64,000 nt of DNA from Pristiophorus japonicus. Lineage: Eukaryota. The notes beneath the pieces are model-generated. The model was not told where the DNA came from and did not search any database. It saw only the letters and a program-made list of their open reading frames with translations. A program made the translations under genes and the position numbers. Positions 1-11,830 of this stretch are shown here, one piece after another. Each line of letters opens with the position of its first letter. Position 1 is the stretch's first letter. Location: NCBI RefSeq assembly GCF_044704955.1, contig NC_091995.1:45756001-45820000 (forward strand), in the 5' to 3' direction.

Positions 1-715
1 CCCTGGGTGTCCTTGTACACCAGTCATTGAAAGCAAACATGCAGGTACAGCAAGCAGTTAGGAAGGCAAATGGTATGTCGGCCTTCATTGCAAGAGGATT
101 TGAGTACAGAAGCGAAGATATCTTACTACAGTTATACGGGCCTTGGTGGGACCACACCTGGAGAATTCTATGCAGTTTTGGTCTGCTTATCTAAGAAAGG
201 ATACACTTGCTGTAGAGGGAGTGCAGCGAAGGTTCACCGGACTGATTCCTGGGATGGCAGGACTGTCGTTTGAGGAGAGATTGGGTCGACTAGGCCTGTA
301 TTCACTAGAATTTGGAAGAATGAGAGGGGATCTCATTGAAACGTATAAAATTCTGATGGGGCTGGACAGACTGGGTGCGGGCAGGATGTTTCTCCTGACT
401 GAGAAGTCTAAAACAAGGTGTCAGAGTTTCAGGATATGGGGTAGGAAATTTAGGACTGAGATGAGGAGAAATGTCTTCACTCAGAGGGTGGTGAAACTGT
501 GGTATTCTCTACCACAGAAGGCTTTGGAGGCCAAGTCATTGAATATATTTACGAAGGAGGTAGATAGATTCTGGACGCAAAAGGCATCAAGGGGTATGGG
601 GAAAAAGCGGGAATATGGTGTTGAGATAGAGGATCAGCCATGATCATATTGAATGGCGGTGCAGGCTCGAAGGGCCGATTGGCCTACTACTGCTCCTATT
701 TTCTATGTTTCTATG
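1..715 (+). mobile_element. CR1 LINE, 3' end (cut by window start)
   Basis: ORF 143-643 gives the CR1 ORF2 C-terminus (VQRRFTGLIPGM...LYSLE...RGDLIETYKI...FTQRVV); 3' UTR ends in a TTCTATGTTTCTATG tail at ~701-715. Confidence 0.95.
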
Positions 716-1680
716 ACCTCATTACAGCATTGGTCTAAACGTGGACAAAATAACTAAATTCCACAGGTGACGTGAGCATTATTGCCTTTAACATCAACGC
801 AGCATTTGACCAAGTGTGGCATCAAGGCGCTCTAATAAAATTGAAGTCAATCGGGATCGGGGGGAAACTGTGCACGGCTGGAGTCATACCGATCAAAAAG
901 GAAGATTGTTGAGTTTGTCGGAGCACAATTATCTCAGCCCAAGGACATTGTTGCACGAGTTCCTCAGTGCAGCTTCCTACCCCCAGCTATATTCAGCTTC
1001 TTCATCAATGAATTTCCTCCATCATAACATCAGAAGGGTGGATTTTCGCTGTTTATTGCAGTGTTCTTTACCATTCGCAACTTCTCAGATAATGAAGAAA
1101 TCTATGTCCGCCTGCAATAAGACCTGGATGACGACGTTCATGCTTAGGCTGATAATTGGCAAGCCACATTTACGCCACACAAGTGCAAAGCAAGGACTAT
1201 CTCCAACCAGCGAGAGTCTAACCACCAACCCTTGATATTCAACGCCATTATAATCGCCAAATCCCCCACGATCAACATCCTGGGGGTGACCATAAACTCG
1301 GGCAGCCAAATATAACCTGTGGCTACATGAACAGATCAGAGGTTGAGTATTGTGTGGCAAGTGACTCACATCCTGACTCTCCAAAGAAGTTCCCTCATCT
1401 ACAAGGCACACGTCAGGAGATTGATGAAATACTCTCCATTTGCCTGGATGAATGCAGCTCCAAAAACAGTCAAGAAGCTCGACACCATCCAAGACAAAGC
1501 AGCTCGATTGATTGGTACCCCTGACACCACATTAAACATTCACTCTCTCCACCACTGGCATACTGTGGCTGCAGTTTGTACCATCTACAACATGTACAGC
1601 AGCAGCACGTCAAGGCTTCTTTCGCACTACCTCCCAAACCCGTGAACTCCACCACCGAGAGGGACAAGGACAGCATGCAG
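716..1680 (+). mobile_element. Decayed CR1/L2-group LINE RT fragment (same family as 38121-41062)
   Basis: Frameshifted RT (..AFDQVWHQG.., IYKAHVRRLMKYSPFAW..KLDTIQDKAARLI..SLHHWHTVAAVCTIY), collinear with 39870-40830. Confidence 0.85.
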
Positions 1681-1945
1681 ATAAGAGCAACTTTCAGGTG
1701 CCTGGATAGCCTGCGGTACAGATCATTAGGAATCTCCTGCAACACAGCGATGTCCTGCATTTTACACAATGCTGCATTCACCCCAATGAATCCAAAGAGG
1801 TCGTGGATGATGCCGGAGGATATCAGCATCAGTCGGTTGATCGCACAGAGCCAATGTAGAAGGAGGAGCCTGGTAAGCAAGCCTCGGGGTCTCGTCATGC
1901 ATGGAGGCGACAGCATCTCATTAGTAATAACTTTTACTGAATAAT
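1681..1945 (+). mobile_element. PIF/Harbinger transposase C-terminal remnant
   Basis: Frame reads RATFRCLDSLRY...AMSCILHNAAF, matching the Harbinger/HARBI1 RFRCL...C.LHN motif. Confidence 0.6.
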
Positions 1946-2409
1946 GTCAAAACTCTAAGCATTAACAGTGATAACATTTAAATGGATCCCAATGCAACAG
2001 GTTCTCCTTAATCACATTCACACTGGTTACTCTGTAGCAGAAGCACCATGTCGGAAACCCATGTGATTTCTCCCTGATCAGTCGCAAAAAATGCCAGACT
2101 TCTGTCAAACGAATATAATTCTCTTACTTCCTCCATGTCCAGCTTTGACGACTACACTCATCATGATGTAATGTCCACCATCTTACTGTTCTGTGTAGCG
2201 CCCTCAGTGGCAGCAGGTTCATTAGTGGAAAGCTGATGCCTTGCACCAAGAATCCCCAGGAAATGAAGTGGCCTTAGTCTCACGGCAGCTATTAATCATG
2301 TGAGATCAGCGATGAGCTGTGCCTTCAATTCGAAGCTCGGTCATCCTGGCCTGACTAATGGGTTCAAAACATGACGGTTCTGAAGCAGTTTAAGGGTAAC
2401 TGACTCCAC

Positions 2410-3135
2410 TGTACTGAGACTGTACCTTTGATGTCAGTGCTGTAATGCTGACATTCACGTAGTGATTGTACCTGTGTTATCAGTGCTCTAATGTTGATAT
2501 TATACACTACCTGCACCTGTGATATCAATGCTGTAATTCTGACATTTATACAATGATTGTGCAAGACTTGGATCACAGGTCACACACAGGTCACATACAG
2601 GTCACACACATCAAAAGAGTCTTAGGAGTTCTACGGTGTTTTATTAAAGAGCAGCATTTATAAGCATAATCAGATACAACACGTGATTAAGATAGATATA
2701 GTAGACAAACGACCCGTGTCAGATGAACAAATCTACGATCCTGGAGCTGAAAGGACAGACATTGAGGCATGAACGGTGGTCTCTGAACAGATCCCGAGCG
2801 GGTGGGGGTGTTAGGCTGAAGCCAGCATGGGTACTCCACCTTAGAGGTTTGAGCTTGACCAAGGCGTAAGGCTAAAGTCCGCATGAGATCCACCTTTAGG
2901 AAACTCCCTCCTCAGTCTGCCTGCTTTTCCATCTCCATCGCCCGTTTTGATGCCTTATTTCAGTGGGCTGGTGGATACCTGGTGTCAATTATTTCTACCC
3001 ATTCCATGGTCCAATTACAGGGGAGAGGGTCCCATCATGCTGAGGTCAGCTTTTCCGGATACTCACACACTTAGTGCATCTGTTATATCAATGATGTAAT
3101 GATGATATTTACACACTGACTGGACCTATATCACT
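2410..3135. repeat. Degenerate ~45-bp minisatellite interrupted by a ~0.5-kb unidentified insert (~2560-3065)
   Basis: Units like TGTACCTGTGATATCAGTGCTGTAATGCTGACATTTACACACTGA at 2410-2560 resume at ~3066-3135. Confidence 0.55.
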
Positions 3136-3136
3136 A

Positions 3137-3797
3137 TCACCAAGCTTATGGTCTACAGTATGGGCGACAGTGTTACCCGCCGTCTTATATGGCTCAGAGA
3201 CATGGGCATTATAGAGCAGACATCTCAACGTGCTGGAGAAGTCCTACCAGCGCTGCCTCCACAGGATCCTGCAAATCCACTGGGAGGATAGATGCACCAG
3301 CATCAGTGTTCTAGCTCAGGCCAAAATGCCCAGCATTGAAACACTGACCACGCTCGGCCAGTTCCGTTGGGTGAGCCATATCACCTGCATAGCCAACACG
3401 AGACTTCCTAAGCAAGCGGTTTACTCGGGGTCCGACATGGCAAGTGAGTCCCAGGTGGACAGAGGAAATGTTTCAATGACACCATCAACGCCTCCTTGAT
3501 AAAGTGCAGCTTCTCTGCCGGCACCTGGAACAAGACCGCCCAAAGTGGAGGAAAAACATCCGGGAGGGCACTCAGTACCTCGAGTCTTATCACCAAGAGC
3601 ATGTGGAAATCAAGCGTAGATAGTGGAAGGAGCGTGTGGCAAACCAGGCTCCCAACCCAATCTATTCTACAACTAATGTTTTCCGCAACTATGACCGAGA
3701 CAGTAATTTCTGCATTGGACTGTACAATCAGATGAGGACTCACTTTTAGAGTGGAAGCAAGTCTTCCTCGCTTTCGAGGGACTGCCTATGATGATGA
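3137..3797 (+). mobile_element. RTE (BovB-like) LINE 3' stub, copy 1
   Basis: YQRCLHRILQIHWEDRCT..VLAQAKMPSIE..RLPKQ; ends GAGTGGAAGCAAGTCTTCCTCG..GGGACTGCCT(ATG)n. Confidence 0.9.
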
Positions 3798-4369
3798 GTG
3801 TGTGTGCTAAAGGGTGGGGTATTGGATGGGGTATAGTGTGCGCGTGAAAGAGTGTGTATTTGGATGAGGTACTGTCTGTGCAAAAGAATGGGGTGTTGAA
3901 CGGAGTACAGTGTGTGTGTGAAAGGGTGGGGAGTTTGATGGGGTACAGTGTGTGTGTGAAAGGGTAGGAAGGTGGATGGGTTACAATGTGCGTGTGTGAC
4001 GGTGCGGGCTTGAATACGTACAGAGTCTGTGAAACGGTGGGGAGTTCGATGGTACTGTGTCTGTGAAAGCTTGGGGGGTTGGATGGGGTATCGTATGTGT
4101 GACAGTGTGGGGAGGTGGATGGGGTACGGTGTGTGTGTGAAAGAGTGGGGAGTTGGGTGGGGTACAGTGTGTGTGAAGGGTGGAGAGGTGGATGGGGTAC
4201 AGTGTGTGTGAAAGGGTGGGGTGTGGGATGGGGTACAGTGTGTGTGAAAGGGTGGGGTGTGGGATGGGGTACAGTGTGTGTGAAAGGGTGGGGTGTGGGA
4301 TGGGGTACAGTGTGTGCGACAGTGTGCGGAGGTGGATGGGGTACAGTGTGTGTGAAAGAGTGGGGAGTT
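3798..4369 (+). repeat. G-rich ~36-38-bp minisatellite (GTGTGTGAAAGGGTGGGGAGTTGGATGGGGTACA)n, block 1
   Basis: Direct tandem units visible in sequence. Confidence 0.95.
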
Positions 4370-7300
4370 TAGGCTGCCGCTGGGGAGAGGCCTAGGTGCC
4401 GACGGGGAGAGGTCTGGACGCCTCCGGAGGCCATGTGCATCGTACACTCAACAGCTTCTGTCCCTGGCCGAAGGGACCCTGTACCGGCCGCTTCAGTCCC
4501 TGGTCGAAGGGACCATATACCATCCGCTCTGTCCCTGGCCGAAGGGACCTCGTACCGGCCGCTTCTGTCCCTGGCCGAAGGGACCCCGTACCGGCCGCTT
4601 CTGTCCCTGGTCGAAGGGACCCCGTACCGGCCGCTTCTGTCCCTGGCCGAAGGGACCTCGTACCGGCCGCTTCTGTCCCTGGTCGAAGGGACCTCGTACC
4701 GGCCGATTCTGTCCCTGGCCAAAGGGACCCCGTACCGGCTGCTTCTGTCCAGGGCGAAGGGTCCCCGTACCGGCCGCTTCTGTCCAGGGTGAAGGGACCC
4801 CGTACCGGCCGCTTCTGTCCAGGGTGAAGGGACCCCGTACCGGCTGCTTCTGTCCAGGGCGAAGGGACCCCGTACCGGCCGCTTCTGTCCAGGGTGAAGG
4901 GACCCCGTACCGGCTGCTTCTGTCCAGGGCGAAGGGACCCCGTACCGGCTGCTTCTGTCCAGGGCGAAGGGACCCCGTACCGGCTGCTTCTGTCCAGGGC
5001 GAAGGGACCCCATACCGGCTGCTTCTGTCCAGGGCGAAGGGTCCCCGTACCGGCTGCTTCTGTCCAGGATGAAGGGACCCCGTACCGGCCACTTGTATGC
5101 CGGGCAGATAGGTCATGGCACCGGATTCGGGGAACGTCTATCCGGCCGAAGGGACTCTGGGACGACCTGCCAAAGGGACGAGAGGACGTGGAACCGGCTG
5201 AAGGGATTCCCAGGCAGGTGTTCAATCGCCGAAGTGGCTCTGATGCCGTCGCTGAACCGGCTGAAGGGACCGAGGTGTGGTGTCGTGTTATACCCCCACT
5301 AACTTTTAATTAATTTTGATACTTTTAACCAACTTTTAAACTTATTAAACAATTTGGAAGAACTTTTAAAACTTACATTTTAAACTCTCAATCGAAATAC
5401 TTTTAAATATCTATTATTAATCTACATCTTTGACTTTTAACAACGTTTAGAAACGTTTTAAATAGGGGAAATTTTTATAATCTATTATTGATTTTCTTCT
5501 TAGGCTTTTAACAATTTCTTAGAAATTTAAATTTTTTTATAACAACCTTTAGAAATTCTTGCAATATATTAGGAATCTTTATCCACTTTTAACTTTTAAA
5601 ATAACTTTGGAATAACTTCCTAATGCCTGGCCCCAACCTAGCCTCGGGCCATCTACCATCAATGTCGCTAGCCTGCGCCGAGCTTGTGGCCAACACTTCG
5701 CCGTAGGCAATTCGGCTTATAGAGCTGCGCCAGGTCTCCAGTTGTCTTGGAACACCTTGCCACTGGACCAAGACATTGTTCAGCTAAGCCCGTGTGGTTG
5801 CTGATATGTAGCCCACCCCACGTTAAAAAAACTCACGCACAGGCATCTTCCACTTTGTCAGGATCAAGTTCGGGACCTGGAATGTCAGGACCCTCATGGA
5901 CAATCCCAAAAGCAACAGGCCACAACACAGCACCACCATAGTTGCCCGGGAACTCCAATGTTTTGAAATTAACATCGCCGCCCTAAGTGAGACCTTGTGG
6001 GCAGGGGAAGGCCACTTGAAGGAATATGGTGGAGGTTACACCTTCTTCTGGAAAGGAAAACCAGAAGCAGAACGCTGCCTTCATGGAGTCGGCTTTGCTG
6101 TCAAGAATGAACTGGTGGACCACATCAAAGACTCCCCCTGTGGGGTAAACAAACGCCATTGTCTCTCCGTATCATACTATCTTGGAAACAATGTGCCACA
6201 GTCATCAGTGTGTATGCCCCTTCACTCGATGCAATGGATGAGGCTAAAGAGGGTTTTTATTCCAATCTCGAGACATCCTTGTCCCACGTTCCCACGGGCG
6301 ACAAATTGATCTCCTGGGTGATTTTAATGCCAAAGTTGGCAAAGACACAGCCCTCTGGGGAGGCGTGATTGGCACGAGAGGGGGTAGGGAAAGCCAACTC
6401 CAGCAGTACCCTACTCCTGACAAAATGTATAGACCATGAACTCCTCATCACCAACATCCTGTTCCACCAGAGGGACAAATACAAGGCATCGTGGCAACAC
6501 TATCGCTCCAAACACTGGCACATGCTTAACTATGTCATCATCCGAGCCAGGGATCGCACGGATATGCGCATCACCCACGCCATGACAGGAGCTGATGACT
6601 GCTGGACAGACTGCCAGCTAATCTGATCCATCATGAACATTAACATTGCCCCAAAGCAGAGGGGACAGCAGAAGCAGCTCCACAAAAACGTTAATGCCGG
6701 GGCACTTAGAGACCCAGCTAAGAGCCCTATACAGCCAGCGCCTCAAAGCCAATCTGGCGTGCCTTGATGACCCTGAGATGCTGAATCCTCAACGCGCTTG
6801 GTCTGCCCTCCGGGCCTCGATAACCAGTGCCTGTGAAGAGACACTTGTTCACTCAACCAGTAAACAACAGGACTGGTTTCATGAAAATGATCAGGAGATC
6901 GAAGAACTAATAGATCACAAACGCAAAGCATTTTTGAGCCTTAATCAACAGCCCAACACGGGAGCTGCAAAACAACATTACAGATGGCTAAAGGCTCAGG
7001 TCCAACAAAAAACTCGGGACCTAAAGAACAGGATGGAGAAAGCACAGGAGGTACAACAACTGGTGGACAGCCACGATATGCGAGGATTATTTGCTGCAGT
7101 CAAGGCCACCTATGGTCCAAACTCCCAAGGCCCCACCCCACTCCTGGCCAAGAACGGGGAAACGCTCATCAAGGACACCGAGGCTGTCAGGGCCCAATGG
7201 ATGGATCACTTTGAAGATCTCCTCAATCGAGACTCTGCCTTTGACTCGAGTGCTCTCGATTCTATTCCACAGCATGCGATACGCCATCAACTCAGTGAAA

Positions 7301-9070
7301 CTCTAACGTTGCATGAGGCAGGCAAAGCCATAAAACAGCTTAAGAATAACAAGGCTACAGGTGCGGATGGAATCCCTGCTGAGACGCTAAAATATGGCAG
7401 AGAGGCGCTGTTGGCGTGAATACATGACGTCATCTCTCTCATCTGGAGGGAGGAGAGCATGCCGGGCGATCTGAGAGATGCAGTGATTGTGACCATTTTT
7501 TAAAAGGGGGAACAAGTCCTACTGCGGCAACTACAGGGGAATCTCCCTCTTTCAGCCACTGAGAAAGTTGCCGCTCGAGTTCTCCTCAATCATGTTCTCC
7601 CTGTGGCTGAGAAGCTTCTCCCGGAATCGCAATGCAGATTTCGCTCCCTACGGTGCGTAACAGACATGATCTTTGCAGCACGCCAGCTGCAGGAAAAATG
7701 CAGGGAGCAGTGCCAGCCCTTATACGTGGCCTTTTTCGATCTTACAAAGGCCTTTGACACAGTCAACCATGAGGGTCTATCGAGCCTCCTCCTCTGTTTC
7801 GGATGCCCCCAAAAGTTTGTCAACATCCTTCACCTGCTTCATGATGACATGCATCTCATGATCTTTACCAACTGATCCATTACAGACCCAATCCATGTCC
7901 GGACCGGGGTCAAACAGGACTGCATTATCACTCCAACCCTCTTCTCAAACTTCCTCGCCACCATGCTCCACCTCACAATCAACAAGTTCCCCGCTGGATT
8001 GGAATTAAACTACAGAACCAGTGGGAAGCTGTTTAATCTACGCCACCTCCAGGCCAGGTCCAAGATCACCCCGACCTCTGTCATTGAGCTGCAGTATGCG
8101 GACGACACTTGCATCTGTGCACATTCAGAGGCTGGACTCCAGGATATGGTCAATATATTCACTGAGGCATATGAAAGCATGGGTTTTACACTTAACATCC
8201 ATAAGACAAAAATCCTCCACCAGCCTGTCACCGCCGCACAGCACTCCCCTCCAATCATCAAGATCCATGGCATGGCCCTGGACAAGGTGGACCATTTCCC
8301 AAATCTCGGGAGCCTCTTATCATCAAAGGCAGACATTGATGCAGAGATTCAGCATCGCCTCCAATGCGCCAGTGCAGCATTTGGCCGTCTGAGGAAAAGA
8401 GTGCTTGAAGACCAGGTCCTCAAATCTACCACCAAACTCATAGTCCACAAGGCTGTAGTAATACGCGCCCTCCTGTATGGATCTGAAGCATTGACGATGT
8501 ATAGATGGCATCTCAAGTCGCTGGAGATATATCACCAATTATGTCTCCGCAAGATTCTGCAAATAATCTGGGAGGACAGGTGCACCAACATCAGTGACCT
8601 CAACCAGGCTAACATCCCCAGTATTGAAGCATGACCACACTCGCTGGGCAGGCCACATGGTACGCCTGCCAGATACGAGACTGCCGAAGCAAATGCTTTA
8701 TGCGGAGCTCCTTCATGGTAAATGAGCCAAAGGAGGACAGCAGAAACGCTATAAGAACACCCTCAAAGTGTGACATCATCAGTGACACCTGGGAGACCCT
8801 GGCCACAGATCGCCCGAGGTGGAAAAAGTCCATCCAGGAGGGCATTGAGCTCTTCGAGTCTCAACGCAAAGAGCATGAAGATGCCAAGCACAGGCAGCGG
8901 AAGGACTGTGCGGCAAACCAGCCCACTTACTCCTTCCCTCGACGAATGTCTGTTCCACCTGTAACAGGCTCTGTGGCTCTCGTATCGGACGGGTCAGCCA
9001 TCAAAGAACTCACTTTGGGAGTGGAAGCAAGTCCTCCTCGATTCCGAGGGACTGCCTATGATGATGATGA
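4370..9070 (+). mobile_element. Full-length, decayed RTE/BovB-like LINE with long 5' leader
   Basis: APE motifs (FGTWNVRTL, IAALSET, GYTFFWKG, GVGFAV); RT (FFDLTKAFDTV; YADD at 8095-8106); C-terminal CxxC..H..H (CSTC..SHQRTH, ~8950-9012); (ATG)n tail; TGGGGAGTT on both sides (4361-4369 and 9071-9079); many stops and frameshifts. Confidence 0.9.
4455..5090 (+). repeat. GC/CpG-rich 35-36-bp tandem array (~18 units) in the RTE leader
   Basis: CTGTCCCTGGCCGAAGGGACCCCGTACCGGCCGCTT (36 bp), switching at ~4745 to CTGTCCAGGGCGAAGGGACCCCGTACCGGCTGCTT (35 bp); degenerate copies continue to ~5275. Confidence 0.95.
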
Positions 9071-9667
9071 TGGGGAGTTGGATGGGGTACAGTGTGTGTG
9101 AAAGGGTGTGGAGTTGGATGGGGTACAGTGTGTGTGAAAGGGTGGAGAGTTGGATGGGGTACAGAGTTTTGAAAGGGTGGGGTGTTGGATGGGGTACAGT
9201 GTGTCTGAAAGGGTGGGGAGTTGGATGGGGTACAGTGTGTATGAAAAGGTGTGGAGTTGGATGGGGTACAGTGTGTGTGAAAGGGTGGAGAGTTGGATGG
9301 TGTACAGAGTTTTGAAAGGGTGGGGTGTTGGATGGGGTACAGTGTGTATGAAAGGGTGGGGAGCTGGATGGGTTACAGTGTGTGTGAAAGGGTGGAGAGT
9401 TGGATGGTGTACAGAGTTTTGAAAGGGTGGGGAGTTGGATGGGGTACAGTGTGTATGAAAGGGTGGGGAGCTGGATGGGTTACAGTGTTTGTGAAAGGTG
9501 GGGAATTTGATGGGGCACAGTGTGCGCGCGAAAGGGTGGGGACTTGGATTGTGTACAATGTCTGTGAAAGTGTGGGGAGCTGGATTGGGTATAGTGTTTA
9601 TGTGAAAACGTGGGGATTTGTCTTCGTAACTGTGTCTTTGTGAAAGGCGAGTGAGTTGGATGGCGTA
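9071..9667 (+). repeat. G-rich minisatellite, block 2
   Basis: Same unit as 3798-4369. Confidence 0.95.
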
Positions 9668-10367
9668 CAGCCTTCAGTCACCTGAGGAAGAGAGTGTTTG
9701 ACAACCAGGACCTCAAATCTGCCACCAAGCTTATGGTCTACAGAGAGTAGTGATCACCGCCATTCTATATGGCTCTGAGACATGGACTTTATACAGCAAA
9801 CATCTCAAAGTACCATCAGCGCTAAACACATAAGATCCTGCAAATCCACTGGGAGTATAGACGCACCATAATCAGTGTTCTCACTCAGGCCAACATGCCC
9901 AGCATTGAAGCACTGACCACGCTCGACCAGCTCTGCTGAGTGGGCCACATTGACTGCATGTCCGACAAAAGACTCCCTAAGCAAGCGCTCTACTCGGAGC
10001 ACCAACACGGCAAGCATGCCCCAGGTGGGCAGAGGAAACATTTCATCCTCAAAGCCTCCTTGATAAAGTGCAACATTCCTACCATCACCTGGGAATACCT
10101 GTAACAAGACCACTCAAAGTGGAGGAAGAGCATCCGGGAGGGCACTGAGTACCTCGAGTCTTGTTACCAAGTGCATGCGGAAATCAAGTGCATACAGCGG
10201 AAGGAGCGTGCGACAGACCAGGCTCCCATCCAAGCTATCCTACAACTAATGCTTTGCGCACCTGTGACTGAGACTGTAACTCCCGCATTGAATACAGTCA
10301 CCTGAGAACTCACTTTTAGAGTGGAAGCAAGTCTTCCTCGATTTCGAGGGACTGCCTATGATGATAA
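9668..10367 (+). mobile_element. RTE 3' stub, copy 2
   Basis: Begins at AF..LRKRVF codons and ends with the RTE 3' UTR and (ATG)n tail. Confidence 0.9.
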
Positions 10368-11108
10368 GTGTGTGTGTTGAAGGGTGGGGTGTTGGATTGG
10401 TTACAATGAGTGTGTGAAAGGGTGGGGAGTGGATGCGGTAATGTGTGTGTGAAACGGATGGGGAGTTGGATGGTGTTCAGTGTGTATGTGAAAGGGTGGG
10501 GATTAGATGAGGTACCGTGTGTGTGTGAAAGGGTGGAGGTTTGAACGGGTTACAGTATCTGTTTGAAAACCTGGGACTTGGATGGGAAAAATTGTGTGAA
10601 AGAGTGGGGATTTGGCTGGGGTACACTGTGTGTCTGAAAACGTGGCGGTTTTGATGGGGTACAACGTCTGTGTGAAAGGGTGGGGAGTTAGATGGGGTAT
10701 AGTGTGTGTGTGAAAGGGTGGGGAGTTGGATGCGGTACAGTGTTTGTGTGAAAGGTGGGGAGTTGGATGGGGTACAGTGTGTGTGTGAAAGGGTGGGGAG
10801 TTGGATAGTGTACAGTGTGTGTGTGAAAGTTTGGGGAGTTGGATGCGGTACAGTGTTTGTGTGAAAGGTGGGGAGTTGGATGGGGTACAGTGTGTGTGTG
10901 AAAGGGTGGGGAATTGGATGTGGTATGATGTGTGTGTGAGACGTTGGGGGCTTGGGTAGGGTACAGTGTCTGTGAAAGTGCCGGGTGTTGAATGGGTAGA
11001 ATGTCTGAAAGTGTGGGGAGCTGGAGGGGATATATTGTATATGTGAAAACACGGGGAGTTGAGTGGGCTACAATGATTTTGTGAAAGGCTAGTGAGTTGG
11101 ATGGGGTA
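10368..11108 (+). repeat. G-rich minisatellite, block 3
   Basis: Same unit as block 1. Confidence 0.95.
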
Positions 11109-11830
11109 CCGCCTTCGGTCGCCTGAGGAAGAGAGTGTTTGAAGACCAGGACCTCAAATCTGCCACCAAGCTTATGGTCGAAAGGGCAGAAGTGATGCAG
11201 ACTCTCCTATATGGATCAGAGACATAGACTTTATACAGCAGACATCTCAAAGCGCTGGAGAAGTACCACCAATGCTGGCTCCGCAAAATCCTGCAAATCC
11301 ACTGGAAGGATAGATGCACCAATGTCAGTGTCCTCGCTCAGGGCAACATGCCGAGCATTAAAGCACTGACCACACTCGACCAGCTCTGTTGGGTGGGCCA
11401 CATCATCTAGATGTCCAACACGAGACTCCCAAAGCAAGCGCTCTACTTGGAGCTCCGACACGGCAAGCAAGCCCCAGTTGGGCAGAGGAAACGTTTCATG
11501 GACACCCTCAAAGCCTCCTTCATAAAGTGCAACATTCCGACCAGCATCTTGAAATTCCTGGAACAAGACCGCCCAAAGTAGATGAAGAGATTCCGGGAGG
11601 GCGCTCAGTACCTCGAGTCTTGTCACCAAGAGCATGTGGAAATCTAGCGCAGACAGCGGAAGGAGCGTGTGGCAAATCAGGCTCCCAACCCAACCTATCC
11701 TACAACTAATGTTTCCCGCACCTGTGACCGAGACAGTAATTCCCACATTGGCCTGTAAAGTCACATGAGAACTTACTTCTAGACTGCCTGTAAGTATTCC
11801 TCTATTTCGAGAGACTGTCTATGATGATGA
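11109..11830 (+). mobile_element. RTE 3' stub, copy 3
   Basis: Same 5' breakpoint as copy 2; RTE 3' UTR and (ATG)n tail. Confidence 0.9.

Noticed and set aside
2196-2212. CTCF site TAGCGCCCTCAGTGGCA
   Set aside because: One-base deletion in the core relative to consensus; single instance.
4455-5090. CRISPR-like array (36-bp hairpin repeats)
   Set aside because: Units are head-to-tail with no unique spacers, there are no cas genes, and the context is vertebrate.
4369-5313. Long ORFs in nearly all frames (up to 277 aa)
   Set aside because: By-product of a stop-free 35/36-bp GC-rich tandem repeat; no domain or splice support.
5300-5620. NUMT or bacterial insert
   Set aside because: AT-rich but no recognisable mitochondrial or bacterial gene; frames close quickly.
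5714-5790. HDV-like or twister ribozyme in the RTE leader (TCCAGT/ACTGGA and TGTCTTGG/CCAAGACA pairings)
   Set aside because: The stems are real but overlap with zero-length loops; I could not place P1.1/P4/J4-2 or twister core residues. An Infernal or RNArobo search would be needed.
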